Shown here: positions 33,357 to 43,776 of the stretch, piece by piece
Layout of the letters: each line of letters begins with the position of its first letter
Numbering within the stretch: position 1 is the stretch's first letter
Source: Geopsychrobacteraceae bacterium
GTDB lineage: Bacteria > Desulfobacterota > Desulfuromonadia > Desulfuromonadales > Geopsychrobacteraceae
Direction of reading: 5' to 3'
Assembly (NCBI GenBank): GCA_963662315.1
Contig: OY759353.1
Span: 2,144,001 to 2,208,000 of the forward strand
Length of the DNA stretch: 64,000 bases
Program-made: the position numbers and the translations under genes
Notes under the pieces: model-generated
Databases searched by the model: none
The model's input: only the letters and a program-made list of their open reading frames with translations
What the model was told of the DNA's origin: nothing

Positions 33357-33432
33357 AAGAAGGCTCTTTGTATATACAGTGTTCGCTCTGATAGAGCAGA
33401 AATTGCCAACTTACAACTTCAGGAGATCAACA

Positions 33433-34431
33433 ATGTTTAAGCATATCCGTGTTCTGGTCATTTTAATAACCGCCCTGCTCTGCTGTGCTTTTTTTGTTTC
33501 ACTGGCAAGTGCCGAAAAAATCAAAGTAGCAGGTATCTACACCCAGCCGATTCAGCAAAAATGGGACGCGGTGCTGCATAAAGCACTGGTCAAAGCCCAG
33601 CAGGACGGAACAATTGACTATGTCTATTCCGAAAAAGTTGCCAACACCGATTACATCCGCGTACTGCGTGAGTACGCCGAAAGTGGCGTTAAGCTGATTG
33701 TTGGTGAAGCGTTCGGTATTTCTCGTGAAGCCAGAAAAGTTGCCAAAGATTATCCCGACGTCGCATTTTTGATGGGGGACTCTTTCGGTCCGGAAAAATC
33801 CAACTTCGCCGTTTTTGATAACTATATCCATGAGCCATGTTTCCTGATGGGTATCCTGGCTGGCAGCATGACAAAATCAGGAAAAATCGGTATGGTCGGC
33901 GGCTATCCCATCGGCGAGGTCAACCGCTTGTTTAACGCCTTTATGGCCGGCGCGAAATCGGTTAACCCTGGGGTTGAATTCAAGGTTTCTTTTATCGGTT
34001 CATGGTACGATCCGCCAAAAGCCAAAGAATTCGCCTTCGCCCAGATCGAAGCCGGGGTTGATGTCCTTTATGCCGAACGTGCCGGGGTGGTTGATGCCGC
34101 CCGGCAAAAAGGGATTATCGCCTTTGGTAATGTTAACGATATGAACAAAGAAGAGAACGGTAGCGATGTTGTTGTCGCCTCAGCACTGTGGAACATGGAA
34201 GCAGCGGTCAATCATGCCATCGAACGGGTGAAAGCCGGCCAGTTTGAAGCTGTCGATTATCGCGAATGGACCATGATGGCTAAAGGTGGCGCCAGTCTTT
34301 CTCCTTATTATGAGTTCGACAATAAAATTCCCGCTGCCGCCAAAGCAAAAGTCAAAACCGTCAAGAATGATATTTTAAATGGCGCCCTGACTATTAAAAT
34401 CAATGATAAAGAGCCAAAATCGACCTTCTAA
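33433..34431 (+). CDS. BMP-family nucleoside/nucleobase ABC substrate-binding protein
   Basis: Signal peptide; KIGMVGGYPIGEVNR and FIGSWYDPPKAKE; AGGAG RBS. Confidence 0.9.
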   Translation: MFKHIRVLVILITALLCCAFFVSLASAEKIKVAGIYTQPIQQKWDAVLHKALVKAQQDGTIDYVYSEKVANTDYIRVLREYAESGVKLIVGEAFGISREARKVAKDYPDVAFLMGDSFGPEKSNFAVFDNYIHEPCFLMGILAGSMTKSGKIGMVGGYPIGEVNRLFNAFMAGAKSVNPGVEFKVSFIGSWYDPPKAKEFAFAQIEAGVDVLYAERAGVVDAARQKGIIAFGNVNDMNKEENGSDVVVASALWNMEAAVNHAIERVKAGQFEAVDYREWTMMAKGGASLSPYYEFDNKIPAAAKAKVKTVKNDILNGALTIKINDKEPKSTF

Positions 34432-34650
34432 ATACTGATCATAACGGGGCAGGCCAGACCACCGGACCGCCCCGTCAATGGTGAGCGACCAACCAGTTTG
34501 CAACACGCATAAAATCACAGACTGAACTCTGAAGTCGTCGAAAACGTCATTTTTTTTTAGACGTTAGTAACGGCAACACATTGCTATTCACAGCTAAATA
34601 AGGTTATGACTAGCTCGCGAAGGGGGATCTTAAGTCAACGGAGATTTGCC

Positions 34651-36189
34651 ATGGCAGAACAACCTGCTCTGCAACTAACAAATATCAGCAAATCATTTGG
34701 CCCCCTGCGGGCCAATGATCAGATCAGCCTAACCCTTAACGCTGGTGAAGTCCTGGCTCTGCTTGGCGAAAACGGCGCCGGCAAGACCACCTTGATGAAT
34801 ATCCTCTTTGGTCACTACCAGGCCGACAGTGGTTCGGTCCATGTTTTTGGCCAGGAGCTGCCGCCCGGAAAACCGCGTGCCGCCATCAGTGCAGGCGTAG
34901 GAATGGTGCACCAGCATTTCACGCTGGCCGACAATTTAACGGTGCTGGAAAACATCACCCTTGGTACCGAATCCCTCTGGTCAAAACGCTCAAAGACACT
35001 GCAGGCAGAACAGAAGATCCTCCACCTGGTCACAAGCTATGGCCTGGAAGTCAACCCGAAAGCCCTCGTTCGTGACCTCTCCGTTGGCGAGCGTCAGCGG
35101 GTTGAAATTCTGAAAGCCCTGTACCGTGATGCCCGCATCCTGATTATGGATGAACCGACGGCAGTCCTTACGCCGCCGGAAGTCACCTCCCTGTTCAAAA
35201 CTTTGAATACCCTGGTCAAACAGGGCCTTGCGGTTATTTTTATTTCCCACAAATTGCGTGAAGTCATGGAAATCAGCCAGCGCGTTGCCGTCCTGCGGCA
35301 TGGGAAAATCGTAACAGAGGTGAATACTGCGGACACCACGCGTGAGGAGTTGGCAGAGGCCATGGTCGGACGCTCGGTCCCAAAACCGAAACGCAGTGCC
35401 TTAACCGCCGGCAAACCTCTGTTCTCGTTTATCGGCGTCGATGTGGATGGTCCGGACAACCAGAAATTACTCAACAACATCTCTCTGGAAATCCGCGAAC
35501 ATGAAATTCTCGGAATTGCCGGGGTTTCGGGCAATGGACAAAATCAACTGGCCGAACTACTCTGCGGATTACGCCAGCAGAGCGCGGGAACGATACAGAT
35601 TGATGACAAAGGATCGTTGCAACCCTCTCCAGCGCTGATGATCGAAAAAGGCGTCGGCCGCATTGTTGAAGATCGCCATGGCATTGGCCTGATCGGGGAT
35701 ATGACGGTCACCGAAAACCTGTGTGCTGAAGAATATAAAGAACAGCGCTTTGCCCGCTTGGGCCTGCGCCGTTTTACCGCCATGAAACAACAGGCAGCTA
35801 CCCTGATTAAAAATTACGACGTACGCTGTCAGGGAATCAACGCACCGGTCCGGCAACTGTCCGGCGGCAATATGCAGAAACTGATCCTGGCCCGGGTGTT
35901 GTCACGTCAGCCGCGCATTATTCTGGCCCATCAACCAACCTGGGGGCTCGATGTCGGTGCCACCGCCTATGTTCATGATCAACTGCTGAGCGCCCGCGAG
36001 CGAGGAGCCGCTATTTTGCTGATTTCCGAAGACCTTGACGAACTGCTGCAACTCAGCGACCGCATCCAGGTGCTGTTCCATGGTCAACTCAGCCCAGCCA
36101 TGAAGACAGAAACTGTCACATTGCAGGAACTAGGCCTGCGCATGAGTGGCCATGCTCCCGAACAGAGCAGCCACGCGGCCAGAATATGA
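34651..36189 (+). CDS. ABC transporter ATP-binding protein (CUT2/nucleoside type)
   Basis: GENGAGKT, MVHQHF, LSVGERQRVEI, LSGGNMQK and QPTWGLDV. Confidence 0.93.
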   Translation: MAEQPALQLTNISKSFGPLRANDQISLTLNAGEVLALLGENGAGKTTLMNILFGHYQADSGSVHVFGQELPPGKPRAAISAGVGMVHQHFTLADNLTVLENITLGTESLWSKRSKTLQAEQKILHLVTSYGLEVNPKALVRDLSVGERQRVEILKALYRDARILIMDEPTAVLTPPEVTSLFKTLNTLVKQGLAVIFISHKLREVMEISQRVAVLRHGKIVTEVNTADTTREELAEAMVGRSVPKPKRSALTAGKPLFSFIGVDVDGPDNQKLLNNISLEIREHEILGIAGVSGNGQNQLAELLCGLRQQSAGTIQIDDKGSLQPSPALMIEKGVGRIVEDRHGIGLIGDMTVTENLCAEEYKEQRFARLGLRRFTAMKQQAATLIKNYDVRCQGINAPVRQLSGGNMQKLILARVLSRQPRIILAHQPTWGLDVGATAYVHDQLLSARERGAAILLISEDLDELLQLSDRIQVLFHGQLSPAMKTETVTLQELGLRMSGHAPEQSSHAARI

Positions 36190-36205
36190 ATCGGAATAAG
36201 TCGCT

Positions 36206-37255
36206 ATGTATTTAGAACCCAGAACCAGAATATCACTGTCCCTGACGCTGCTGGCACCCGTTGTCGCTATTTTTGTCTCTTTAGCCATCTGCTCCATCCT
36301 GATCCTCTGGGCGGACAGTTCAGTACTGGAAGCCTATGTTCTCCTTTTCAAAGGGGCGCTTGGTTCACGCTTTGCCATCAGTGAAACCCTGACCCGCTCA
36401 ACGCCGTTGATCCTGACCGGCTTGGCAGCGGCCGTTGCTTTTCGCGCCAAGCTCTGGAATATCGGTGGCGAAGGACAGTTTTACGTTGGCGCTTGTGCCG
36501 CGACCCTGCTCGGCACCGGCATGCTCGACTGCCCCCCCTACCTGCTGATCCCGGTGCTGTTTCTGGCCGGTGCCCTGGCCGGGGGAATCCTGCTGCTGAT
36601 CCCGACCCTGCTGAAAACACACCTGAAGGTCGATGAAGTCGTAACAACCCTGCTGCTCAACTTTATCGTCCTGTTGTTTGTCAATTACCTGCTCTTTGGT
36701 CCCTGGAAAGATCCTATGGCCATGGGTTGGCCTCAGGCCGCCCCGATTATTGATAACGGCCTGTTACCCAAACTGATGGCCCGCACCCGCCTCCATTCCG
36801 GGCTGGTCGTATCTCTGCTCATGGCCATTGTCGCCTGGGCTCTGATGAAATTCAGCAACTGGGGGTACGAAATACGAGCAGTGGGCGCCAATCAGAAGGC
36901 CTCCGAATTTTTTGGTATTCCGGTTAATCGCACCGTCGTTCGCACTGCTCTGATCAGTGGCGGTCTGGCCGGAATGGCCGGCGTTGCCGAGTTATGCGGT
37001 CTGAAAGGTTACCTGACCTTGGATCTGTCCCCCGGCTTTGGCTACACCGGTATCGTCATCGCCATGCTGGCCGGGCTCAACCCCATCGGCGTCGTCTTTT
37101 CGGCCTTCTTCATCGCCATCGTTTACAATGGAGCCGACTCCATGAGTCGCGCCCTGTCGGTCTCCAATTATATTGCCGATGTCATTACCGCCACCGCCCT
37201 GATCACTGTTCTGATCGGCATGCTGCTAACCCGTTATCGTCTCCGTTGGAAATAA
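36206..37255 (+). CDS. Nucleoside ABC permease 1
   Basis: TPLILTGLA, WNIGGEGQ, EVVTTLLLNF and GFGYTGIVIAMLA. Confidence 0.92.
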   Translation: MYLEPRTRISLSLTLLAPVVAIFVSLAICSILILWADSSVLEAYVLLFKGALGSRFAISETLTRSTPLILTGLAAAVAFRAKLWNIGGEGQFYVGACAATLLGTGMLDCPPYLLIPVLFLAGALAGGILLLIPTLLKTHLKVDEVVTTLLLNFIVLLFVNYLLFGPWKDPMAMGWPQAAPIIDNGLLPKLMARTRLHSGLVVSLLMAIVAWALMKFSNWGYEIRAVGANQKASEFFGIPVNRTVVRTALISGGLAGMAGVAELCGLKGYLTLDLSPGFGYTGIVIAMLAGLNPIGVVFSAFFIAIVYNGADSMSRALSVSNYIADVITATALITVLIGMLLTRYRLRWK

Positions 37256-37259
37256 AGTC

Positions 37260-38204
37260 ATGACTGATTTGCTTGATATGCTACTCGCTGCCGGTTTCTG
37301 GGTCGCCACCCTGCGTATGGCAACACCACTGATCTTCGGAACCATTGGTGAGCTGATTTGTGAACGTTCCGGAGTCCTGAATCTTGGCATCGAAGGAATT
37401 ATGACTTTTGGCTCGATGGCAGGGTGGATGTGGGTCTACCAGGGCGGCAGCCTGTGGGGAGGCGTCCTGTTCGCGGCCCTGGTCGGCGGCTTGTTTGGAC
37501 TGTTGCACAGCCTGCTGACGGTTTACCTGGGACTGTCCCAACATGTCTCCGGATTGGGGATCACCATGCTGGCCTCGGCGCTGTGCTATTTCATCTTCAG
37601 GATGATGTTGCCCGATGTCACCACACCACCCAAAATTGTCCCCTTTGCCAACTGGGCGATACCCGGCCTGTCCAAGCTGCCTGTGATTGGCGAAGCTCTG
37701 TTCATTCAGTCCCCTTTAACCTGGCTGGCGCTGACGGTTGTCATTGTGGTCAGCTATCTCCTCTACCGTACCCCCCTTGGCCTGGCCGTACGCATGGTGG
37801 GTGAGAATCCCATGGCGGTTGAGGCACAGGGGATCAATGTCCATCTGTTGCGGACCGGGGCGATCATCGTCGGCAGCGGACTGATGGCCATAGGCGGTTG
37901 CTATCTGACCCTGTCTGCCTTTGATGCCTTCTATATCGGTATGGTCAACGGTCGCGGCTGGATCTGCATCGCCCTGGTGGTATTTGCTTCATGGCAGCCA
38001 CTCAAAGCACTTCTGGGAGCGATCCTGTTTGCAACATTCGATGCCTTGCAGATGCGTATTCAACAGCAGGCAACAACGGCTATCCCCTACCAGTTTTATC
38101 TCATGGCGCCTTACTTCATGAGTATTCTGGCCTTGATTATCATGTCGCGCCGCGCCGCTTATCCCAAAGCACTGCTGATTCCGTTCCGGCGTGGGGAACG
38201 TTAA
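37260..38204 (+). CDS. Nucleoside ABC permease 2
   Basis: ERSGVLNLGIEG, VGENP and GRGWICIALVVFASW. Confidence 0.92.
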   Translation: MTDLLDMLLAAGFWVATLRMATPLIFGTIGELICERSGVLNLGIEGIMTFGSMAGWMWVYQGGSLWGGVLFAALVGGLFGLLHSLLTVYLGLSQHVSGLGITMLASALCYFIFRMMLPDVTTPPKIVPFANWAIPGLSKLPVIGEALFIQSPLTWLALTVVIVVSYLLYRTPLGLAVRMVGENPMAVEAQGINVHLLRTGAIIVGSGLMAIGGCYLTLSAFDAFYIGMVNGRGWICIALVVFASWQPLKALLGAILFATFDALQMRIQQQATTAIPYQFYLMAPYFMSILALIIMSRRAAYPKALLIPFRRGER

Positions 38205-38216
38205 AGGAGAACTATC

Positions 38217-39500
38217 ATGTTTGATCTGATTATCCGCCAAGCGAACCTCATCGATCAGGCCACACCATGTGACATTGGCTGTTCCTCCGGGCGTATCACA
38301 GCGATCAGCCCGCATCTGAAAGCTACGGCAGCAAAAGAGCTTGATGCCAGTGGCTGCCTGGTGTCAGCCCCATTCGTTGATATTCATTTCCACATGGACG
38401 CCACCTTGTGCCTGCATGGGCAACCACGCCGCAATGAAAGCGGCACCCTGCTCGAAGGGATTGCCCTGTGGAGCGATCTGAAACCTGACCAGACCGCTGA
38501 AAGGCTTAAGGAACGGGCCCTGAAACTGATTTCTTGGTCCCTGGCACGCGGCACCCAGGCGATTCGCACCCACGTTGATGTCTGTGATCCGTCCTTGATG
38601 GCCGTTGAAGTACTGCTGGAGGTCAAAAAGCAGATGACCCCTTACATCGACATGCAACTGGTCGCCTTCCCCCAGGATGGTTACCTGCGTGACCCCAAAG
38701 CCAGGGAACAGTTGCGGCTGGCGCTCGATATGGGAGTTGATGTCATTGGTGGCATCCCCCACTTTGAACGCACCATGGCTCAAGGAGCCGAGTCGATCCG
38801 CCTGCTGTGCGAACTGGCCGCCGAACGTGGCCTGCGGGTTGATATGCATTGTGATGAATCGGACGACCCCCTGTCCCGCCACATCGAAACCCTGGCCGCA
38901 GAAACAGTGCGTTGTGGCCTGCAGGGACGGGTCACCGGGTCACACCTGACGTCCATGCACTCCATGGACAACTATTATGTCACCAAACTCTTGCCACTGA
39001 TGGCGGAAGCAGAACTCCATGCGGTCTGCAACCCGCTGGTCAACATGATATTGCAGGGTCGTCAGGACACCTATCCTAAACGCCGGGGACTAACCCGGGT
39101 CAAAGAAATGTTGAACTACGGGATAAACGTCTGCCTGGGTCACGATGATGTCGTTGATCCGTGGTACCCCCTAGGCACCCACGACATGCTCGAAGTCGTA
39201 CACATGGGCATTCATGCCCTGCATATGAGTGGTATCAGTGAAATGAAGGAATTATTTAACGCCGTAACCAGTCGACCGGCGACAACGATGGGTCTGACCG
39301 ATTACGGGATCAAAGAAGGGCATTATGCGGACATGGTCATTCTGCAGGGAGCGGAGCAGATTGAAGCGATTCGCCTGAGGGGACCCCGCCTGGCCGTGAT
39401 CCGCCGCGGTGAAGTCATTGCCGAAGCGCAGCCTGCGCTATCAAATGTCACCCTGTTCGGGCAAACCAGCAAAGTTGACTTTTCGCTGAATTCAAATTAA
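38217..39500 (+). CDS. codA: Cytosine deaminase-like amidohydrolase
   Basis: DIHFHMD, SGTLLEGI, VAFPQDG, GGIPHFE, MHCDE and GHDDVVDPWYPLG. Confidence 0.85.
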   Translation: MFDLIIRQANLIDQATPCDIGCSSGRITAISPHLKATAAKELDASGCLVSAPFVDIHFHMDATLCLHGQPRRNESGTLLEGIALWSDLKPDQTAERLKERALKLISWSLARGTQAIRTHVDVCDPSLMAVEVLLEVKKQMTPYIDMQLVAFPQDGYLRDPKAREQLRLALDMGVDVIGGIPHFERTMAQGAESIRLLCELAAERGLRVDMHCDESDDPLSRHIETLAAETVRCGLQGRVTGSHLTSMHSMDNYYVTKLLPLMAEAELHAVCNPLVNMILQGRQDTYPKRRGLTRVKEMLNYGINVCLGHDDVVDPWYPLGTHDMLEVVHMGIHALHMSGISEMKELFNAVTSRPATTMGLTDYGIKEGHYADMVILQGAEQIEAIRLRGPRLAVIRRGEVIAEAQPALSNVTLFGQTSKVDFSLNSN

Positions 39501-39536
39501 GCGGCAGGACGAAACAGAGCAGCAGATAGAGCTAAA

Positions 39537-39617
39537 GATTGGAAACGAGCAATTTTCCGTTGTGGCTGGCCAACCCGCAGATTGACTCTGCCACAGCGGA
39601 AAAGAGCCGTTTCATGA
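39537..39617. repeat. Dispersed palindromic repeat, copy 2 (internally shortened)
   Basis: GGAAACGAGCAATTTTCCGTTGTGGC...GCAGATTGACTCTGCCACAGCGGAAAAG. Confidence 0.8.
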
Positions 39618-40517
39618 TCAGGCAAATGATTTTTGTGCCAACAGCAGTTTAGAAAAAGCCTGGGCGGCCGGAGAAGCACTACGTTCACGCAGACGCACCT
39701 GCCATAATTGACGTTCGATGTTAAGACCCTCAACTTTAAGCTTGCGCAACTCCCCATTCTTCAAATGACTACCGATCGACATATCGGAAACAAAAGCGCA
39801 ACCAAAACCCGCCAGTACCGCCTGCCTGACGGCTTCATTACTCCCCAGCCGCGCCACAATATTCAACGCCAAGGGATCAATCTGCGCCTTGCTTAACGCC
39901 GCCACCAAAGCCTGATAGGTTCCGGACCCGTCTTCACGGACAATCAACGGCTGTTTCAGCAAATCATTACGGCTGATGGAGCCGTTTTTGCCACACAGGC
40001 TGTCGGCACCACAGATCAACACCAGGCGATCTTTAACGATTGGGGTAAATTCCAGGGTTTCATCATCGGTCCGGCCACCAGTGATAGCCAGTTCAACTTT
40101 CCCATCGGTTACCAGTCGCAGCACCTCACGGCTGTCACCGCTTTGCATGTTGATCTTGATGCCCGGATATTGATCATTGAGGAAAGGGAGTAACCGGGGA
40201 ACCAGGTAGTTAGCCGGAATATTACTGGCACCAAGGGACAAACTCGCATTTTCCAGACCATGAAAAGCAGACATGGCCTGCTGCAATAACTGGCATTCAG
40301 CCAGAACCCGGCGGGCATACTGGAGAAAAACTTCGCCACCGGCAGTCAGAAAAATACCACGACTGGTCCGATCGAGTAAGCGGGTCTTCAGCTCTTTCTC
40401 CAAAGCAGCAATATGCTGACTGACGGTTGACTGGGTCAAGGCCATCAGTTCTGCACCTTTTGAAAAACTGGCCGTCTCTGCAACGGCTACAAACAACTCC
40501 AACTGGCGGATTGTCAT
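39618..40517 (-). CDS. LysR-family regulator (CysL/YeiE-like)
   Basis: QLELFVAVAETASFSKGAELMALTQSTVS, REDGSGT and SNEAVRQAV. Confidence 0.93.
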   Translation of the reverse strand: MTIRQLELFVAVAETASFSKGAELMALTQSTVSQHIAALEKELKTRLLDRTSRGIFLTAGGEVFLQYARRVLAECQLLQQAMSAFHGLENASLSLGASNIPANYLVPRLLPFLNDQYPGIKINMQSGDSREVLRLVTDGKVELAITGGRTDDETLEFTPIVKDRLVLICGADSLCGKNGSISRNDLLKQPLIVREDGSGTYQALVAALSKAQIDPLALNIVARLGSNEAVRQAVLAGFGCAFVSDMSIGSHLKNGELRKLKVEGLNIERQLWQVRLRERSASPAAQAFSKLLLAQKSFA

Positions 40518-40677
40518 GGCTCACTCCATTGAAATACTGAATAACTATTATTGATTTTATAAAAATTATCCATTTGACATGATTCTGTCAATCGCTTAAT
40601 TGTGTGATCTTGTAGAGCCACACGACGAACTCAATCGGACCAATCTGTTTTTCAATTATCCCCCAAAAGGAAAATTT

Positions 40678-41103
40678 ATGAAGAAAGCCATTTTCGTTGC
40701 CATTGCCATGACTCTTTGCCTGTGCAGCATTCCGTTTACTGCACTGGCTTACCAATATATTTCAGCAGAAGAGGTTAAACAGGAGCTGAACAACCAGACA
40801 GCCATGACCCTGGTCGATATTCAGGTAAAAAACGAGTTTGACCAGCACCATATTAAAGGGGCGGTTGCAACCTATGCTTACCCGGTCAAAAAAGATAATG
40901 AGCGTGCTCAACTTGATCCGACCATCAATACTCTGAAAGCGAACAGCGATAAAGTTGTTGTTATCTGCCCCCGCGGTGCGGGCGGCGCCAAACGTGCTTA
41001 CGACTATATGCTGAGCACCGGGATTCCCAAAGAGCGTCTGTTTATTCTGACCAAAGGGCAGGATGGCTGGCCTTACCCGGAGATGCTGGCACCTGCCCAG
41101 TAG
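40678..41103 (+). CDS. Exported rhodanese-like protein
   Basis: Signal peptide, HIKGA and active loop ICPRGAGGA. Confidence 0.85.
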   Translation: MKKAIFVAIAMTLCLCSIPFTALAYQYISAEEVKQELNNQTAMTLVDIQVKNEFDQHHIKGAVATYAYPVKKDNERAQLDPTINTLKANSDKVVVICPRGAGGAKRAYDYMLSTGIPKERLFILTKGQDGWPYPEMLAPAQ

Positions 41104-41206
41104 CTTCAAGCCGGAAACGGCATTTTCGATTCAGAAAACATAGAGATTATTGATTGAAGCTTCCGGGTCATTTCAGCCCGGAAGCATTTTTTAGAGTACT
41201 TCAATA

Positions 41207-42472
41207 ATGAGCTTCGGCACTATCACTGACAATACTTATGTAACCACCGATCTGCCCTCTTTGTTGACACGTATTGCCGATGGGTGTACCAGCTGTGGAG
41301 TCTGTGTCCGGGAATGCAGCTTTCTGCAAAACTACGGAACGCCGAAAGCTGTTGCAGAAAAATGCGCTGCACAGCAGGATTCAACCCTGACCGCGGCGTT
41401 TGCCTGCCACCTGTGCGGACTGTGCACCGCGGTCTGTCCCCAACCGATTGATCCGGCCAAAATGTTTCTGGCTATGCGCCAGGAAGCTTTTCAACGCGGG
41501 ATTGGTGAATTTCCCAAACATTCCCCGCTACGCAGTTACGAGAATATCGGTACATCCCGGCGCTTCACCTGGTATGGATTGCCAGCCAACTGTACAACAG
41601 TCTTCTTTCCAGGCTGCTCATTAAGTGGAACCCGGCCCAAAACCGTCAAACAGACTTTTTCCTGCCTGCAGAAGCAGTTTCCCGAGCTGGGCATTGTCCT
41701 TGACTGTTGCACCAAACCGTCTCACGACCTGGGCAACTGGGAGTACTTTAACGCCAAGTTTTCAGACCTGAAGAACGCTCTGCTTAAAAACAGTGTCACC
41801 ACCGTACTGACCGCCTGCCCAAACTGTTTTGCGGTCTTCAGCCGCTACGCTCCCGAGCTGACAACCAGGTCGGTTTACACGGTTCTGAATCAGCTTGAGT
41901 TCCCACAAGCGGCACAAGGTGCAGAATATGTAACGGTCCATGATCCTTGTGTTGCCCGTAATGACACTGACAGCCAAACGGCAGTACGTGAGCTGTTATG
42001 GAAAAGAGGGCTAACGGTCAGAGAAATGCCTCACAGTAAAAAACGCACCCTGTGCTGTGGCCAGGGGGGCGGTGTATCCATGCTGTTTCCAGCCAGTTCT
42101 CAGGCGTGGACCGACAGACGCTTAGCAGAGACAGAAGATCATCGGATCGTTAACTATTGCGCTAGCTGTACCCAGGTTTTTGCCGGTCATACCAAGAGCA
42201 ACCACATTCTGGATGTGCTTTTTAACCCTGAGCAGACCTTTGCAGACAGCATACAAGCCAGCAAAGCACCGTGGACCTATTTCAACCGCTTGAAACTGAA
42301 AAGGACTATGCAACGGAACCTGCCAGTGGCCGTCGGTTTTAAACGTTGCGAACCGCAAAAAAACCAAACCATACTGACGGCAATTGCAAAAAAATTACTG
42401 ACCTGTTTCACCTCCCCCCTGCGCGCAACTCTGTTCTGGCGTCAGAAAACCAAAACACAGGGAACCCGTTGA
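41207..42472 (+). CDS. Fe-S oxidoreductase with CCG domains (GlpC/HdrD-like)
   Basis: CTSCGVCVREC, CHLCGLCTAVCP, FFPGC, DCC, TACPNC, HDPC and CCGQGG. Confidence 0.88.
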   Translation: MSFGTITDNTYVTTDLPSLLTRIADGCTSCGVCVRECSFLQNYGTPKAVAEKCAAQQDSTLTAAFACHLCGLCTAVCPQPIDPAKMFLAMRQEAFQRGIGEFPKHSPLRSYENIGTSRRFTWYGLPANCTTVFFPGCSLSGTRPKTVKQTFSCLQKQFPELGIVLDCCTKPSHDLGNWEYFNAKFSDLKNALLKNSVTTVLTACPNCFAVFSRYAPELTTRSVYTVLNQLEFPQAAQGAEYVTVHDPCVARNDTDSQTAVRELLWKRGLTVREMPHSKKRTLCCGQGGGVSMLFPASSQAWTDRRLAETEDHRIVNYCASCTQVFAGHTKSNHILDVLFNPEQTFADSIQASKAPWTYFNRLKLKRTMQRNLPVAVGFKRCEPQKNQTILTAIAKKLLTCFTSPLRATLFWRQKTKTQGTR

Positions 42473-42473
42473 A

Positions 42474-42995
42474 ATGACCCGAATTTTCAACATCAAACAG
42501 CCAGGTGGCCTATCTGTAATAACGAGATCCATCTATCACACCCTGCGCTACCTGCTTATTGCAGTCTTTTTATGGTCCGGCATCAGTAAAGCCATGGCTC
42601 CGCAGCAGTTTGCCGAAGTCGTAGCGGCCTATGGGCTGCTGCCGGAAAATGTTACGGTTCCGGTCGCCCTGTTCCTGATTGCAGCTGAAATCATCGCCGC
42701 AGCCGGACTGTGTCTGGAAATACGCGGCAGTCTGGGTGCTATTACCTCAATGATACTGGTGTTTTTGGTCATCCTTGGCTACGGTATCTATCTCGGCCTG
42801 GATATCGATTGTGGCTGTTTTGGTCCAGACGATCCGGAAGGACTGGCCTTTCATGACTTGCGCGGCGCTTTTATCCGCGACATTGGGCTTTTATGTGCCT
42901 GCGGTTATCTGTACTGCTGGCGTTTTCTAAATCGACTGGCACCAGCGCCTTGGTTCCACACCGGACTGCGGCCAGTCACTCTTCAGGAGGATTGA
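42474..42995 (+). CDS. MauE/DoxX-family redox membrane protein
   Basis: FLWSGISK, AAYGLLP, GLDIDCGCFG and RD motif. Confidence 0.88.
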   Translation: MTRIFNIKQPGGLSVITRSIYHTLRYLLIAVFLWSGISKAMAPQQFAEVVAAYGLLPENVTVPVALFLIAAEIIAAAGLCLEIRGSLGAITSMILVFLVILGYGIYLGLDIDCGCFGPDDPEGLAFHDLRGAFIRDIGLLCACGYLYCWRFLNRLAPAPWFHTGLRPVTLQED

Positions 42996-42999
42996 ATCC

Positions 43000-43536
43000 A
43001 TGCAAGTAAAAAGAAGCGTTTTAATTCTGGCTTTGGCCGTAAGCGTGCTGCTGACCGCCAACACCGTCTTTGCCATCGGTTTCGATAACAAATTCGAAGC
43101 CGAAGTCAAAGCAGAAGCCGCTGCCGTCAAGCTGGTCAAAGAAGTGCAGCGTGGTAGCTATGATGTGGTCACAACCGAAGAACTGAAAAAATGGCAGGAT
43201 GAAGGCAAAGACATGCTGATCGTCGATACCATGCCCTTTGAAGCCAGCTATAAAAAAGGACATGTTCCTGCCGCCGTGCAGTTCCTGTTTCCAATCCCTG
43301 ACATGACTAGCTGGGACAGCAAGGAAACTGATGGAAAATCATCAGCCGACTACGAAAAACTGCTCGGCCCCGACAAAGACAAAACCATCGTCGTCTACTG
43401 CGGTTTCGTCAAATGTACCCGCAGTCACAACGGTGCCTACTGGGCCAAACAACTCGGCTATAAAAATGTCTATCGCTACCCCGGCGGCATTTTTGCCTGG
43501 AAAGGTGCTGATTACCCGGTTGAGGAAGTGAAGTAG
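43000..43536 (+). CDS. Exported rhodanese-like protein
   Basis: Signal peptide, VDTMP, GHVPAA, YCGFVKCTRSH and YPGGIFAW. Confidence 0.88.
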   Translation: MQVKRSVLILALAVSVLLTANTVFAIGFDNKFEAEVKAEAAAVKLVKEVQRGSYDVVTTEELKKWQDEGKDMLIVDTMPFEASYKKGHVPAAVQFLFPIPDMTSWDSKETDGKSSADYEKLLGPDKDKTIVVYCGFVKCTRSHNGAYWAKQLGYKNVYRYPGGIFAWKGADYPVEEVK

Positions 43537-43776
43537 TTTTTGTCTGAAAGACGCCTTTTTTCACCAGCTCTGGTTTAGACCTATTTCATCTTTACCAGGG
43601 CTGTTTTCATTGACAAAAAACCTGATTCACTCTATTCATTAAAGCCGAAAAGTTTCAAGCGGGAGGGGGCCTGCCTGATTGTTCAGCTATTTTCTGTGTC
43701 TGTCAGCTAATCCTACAATCATTCAAGCGTCTCTCCTTCGTTATTACACATAAATATCAAACACGAGGGGGAACTC

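Noticed and set aside
33147..33430. Purine riboswitch or 97-aa ORF upstream of the BMP gene
   Set aside because: No purine riboswitch core recognised; the ORF has no family features and overlaps the sigma54 promoter.
40678..43536. Selenocysteine read-through in the rhodanese/Fe-S cluster
   Set aside because: Active-site positions are ordinary Cys codons and the ORFs are full length without in-frame TGA.
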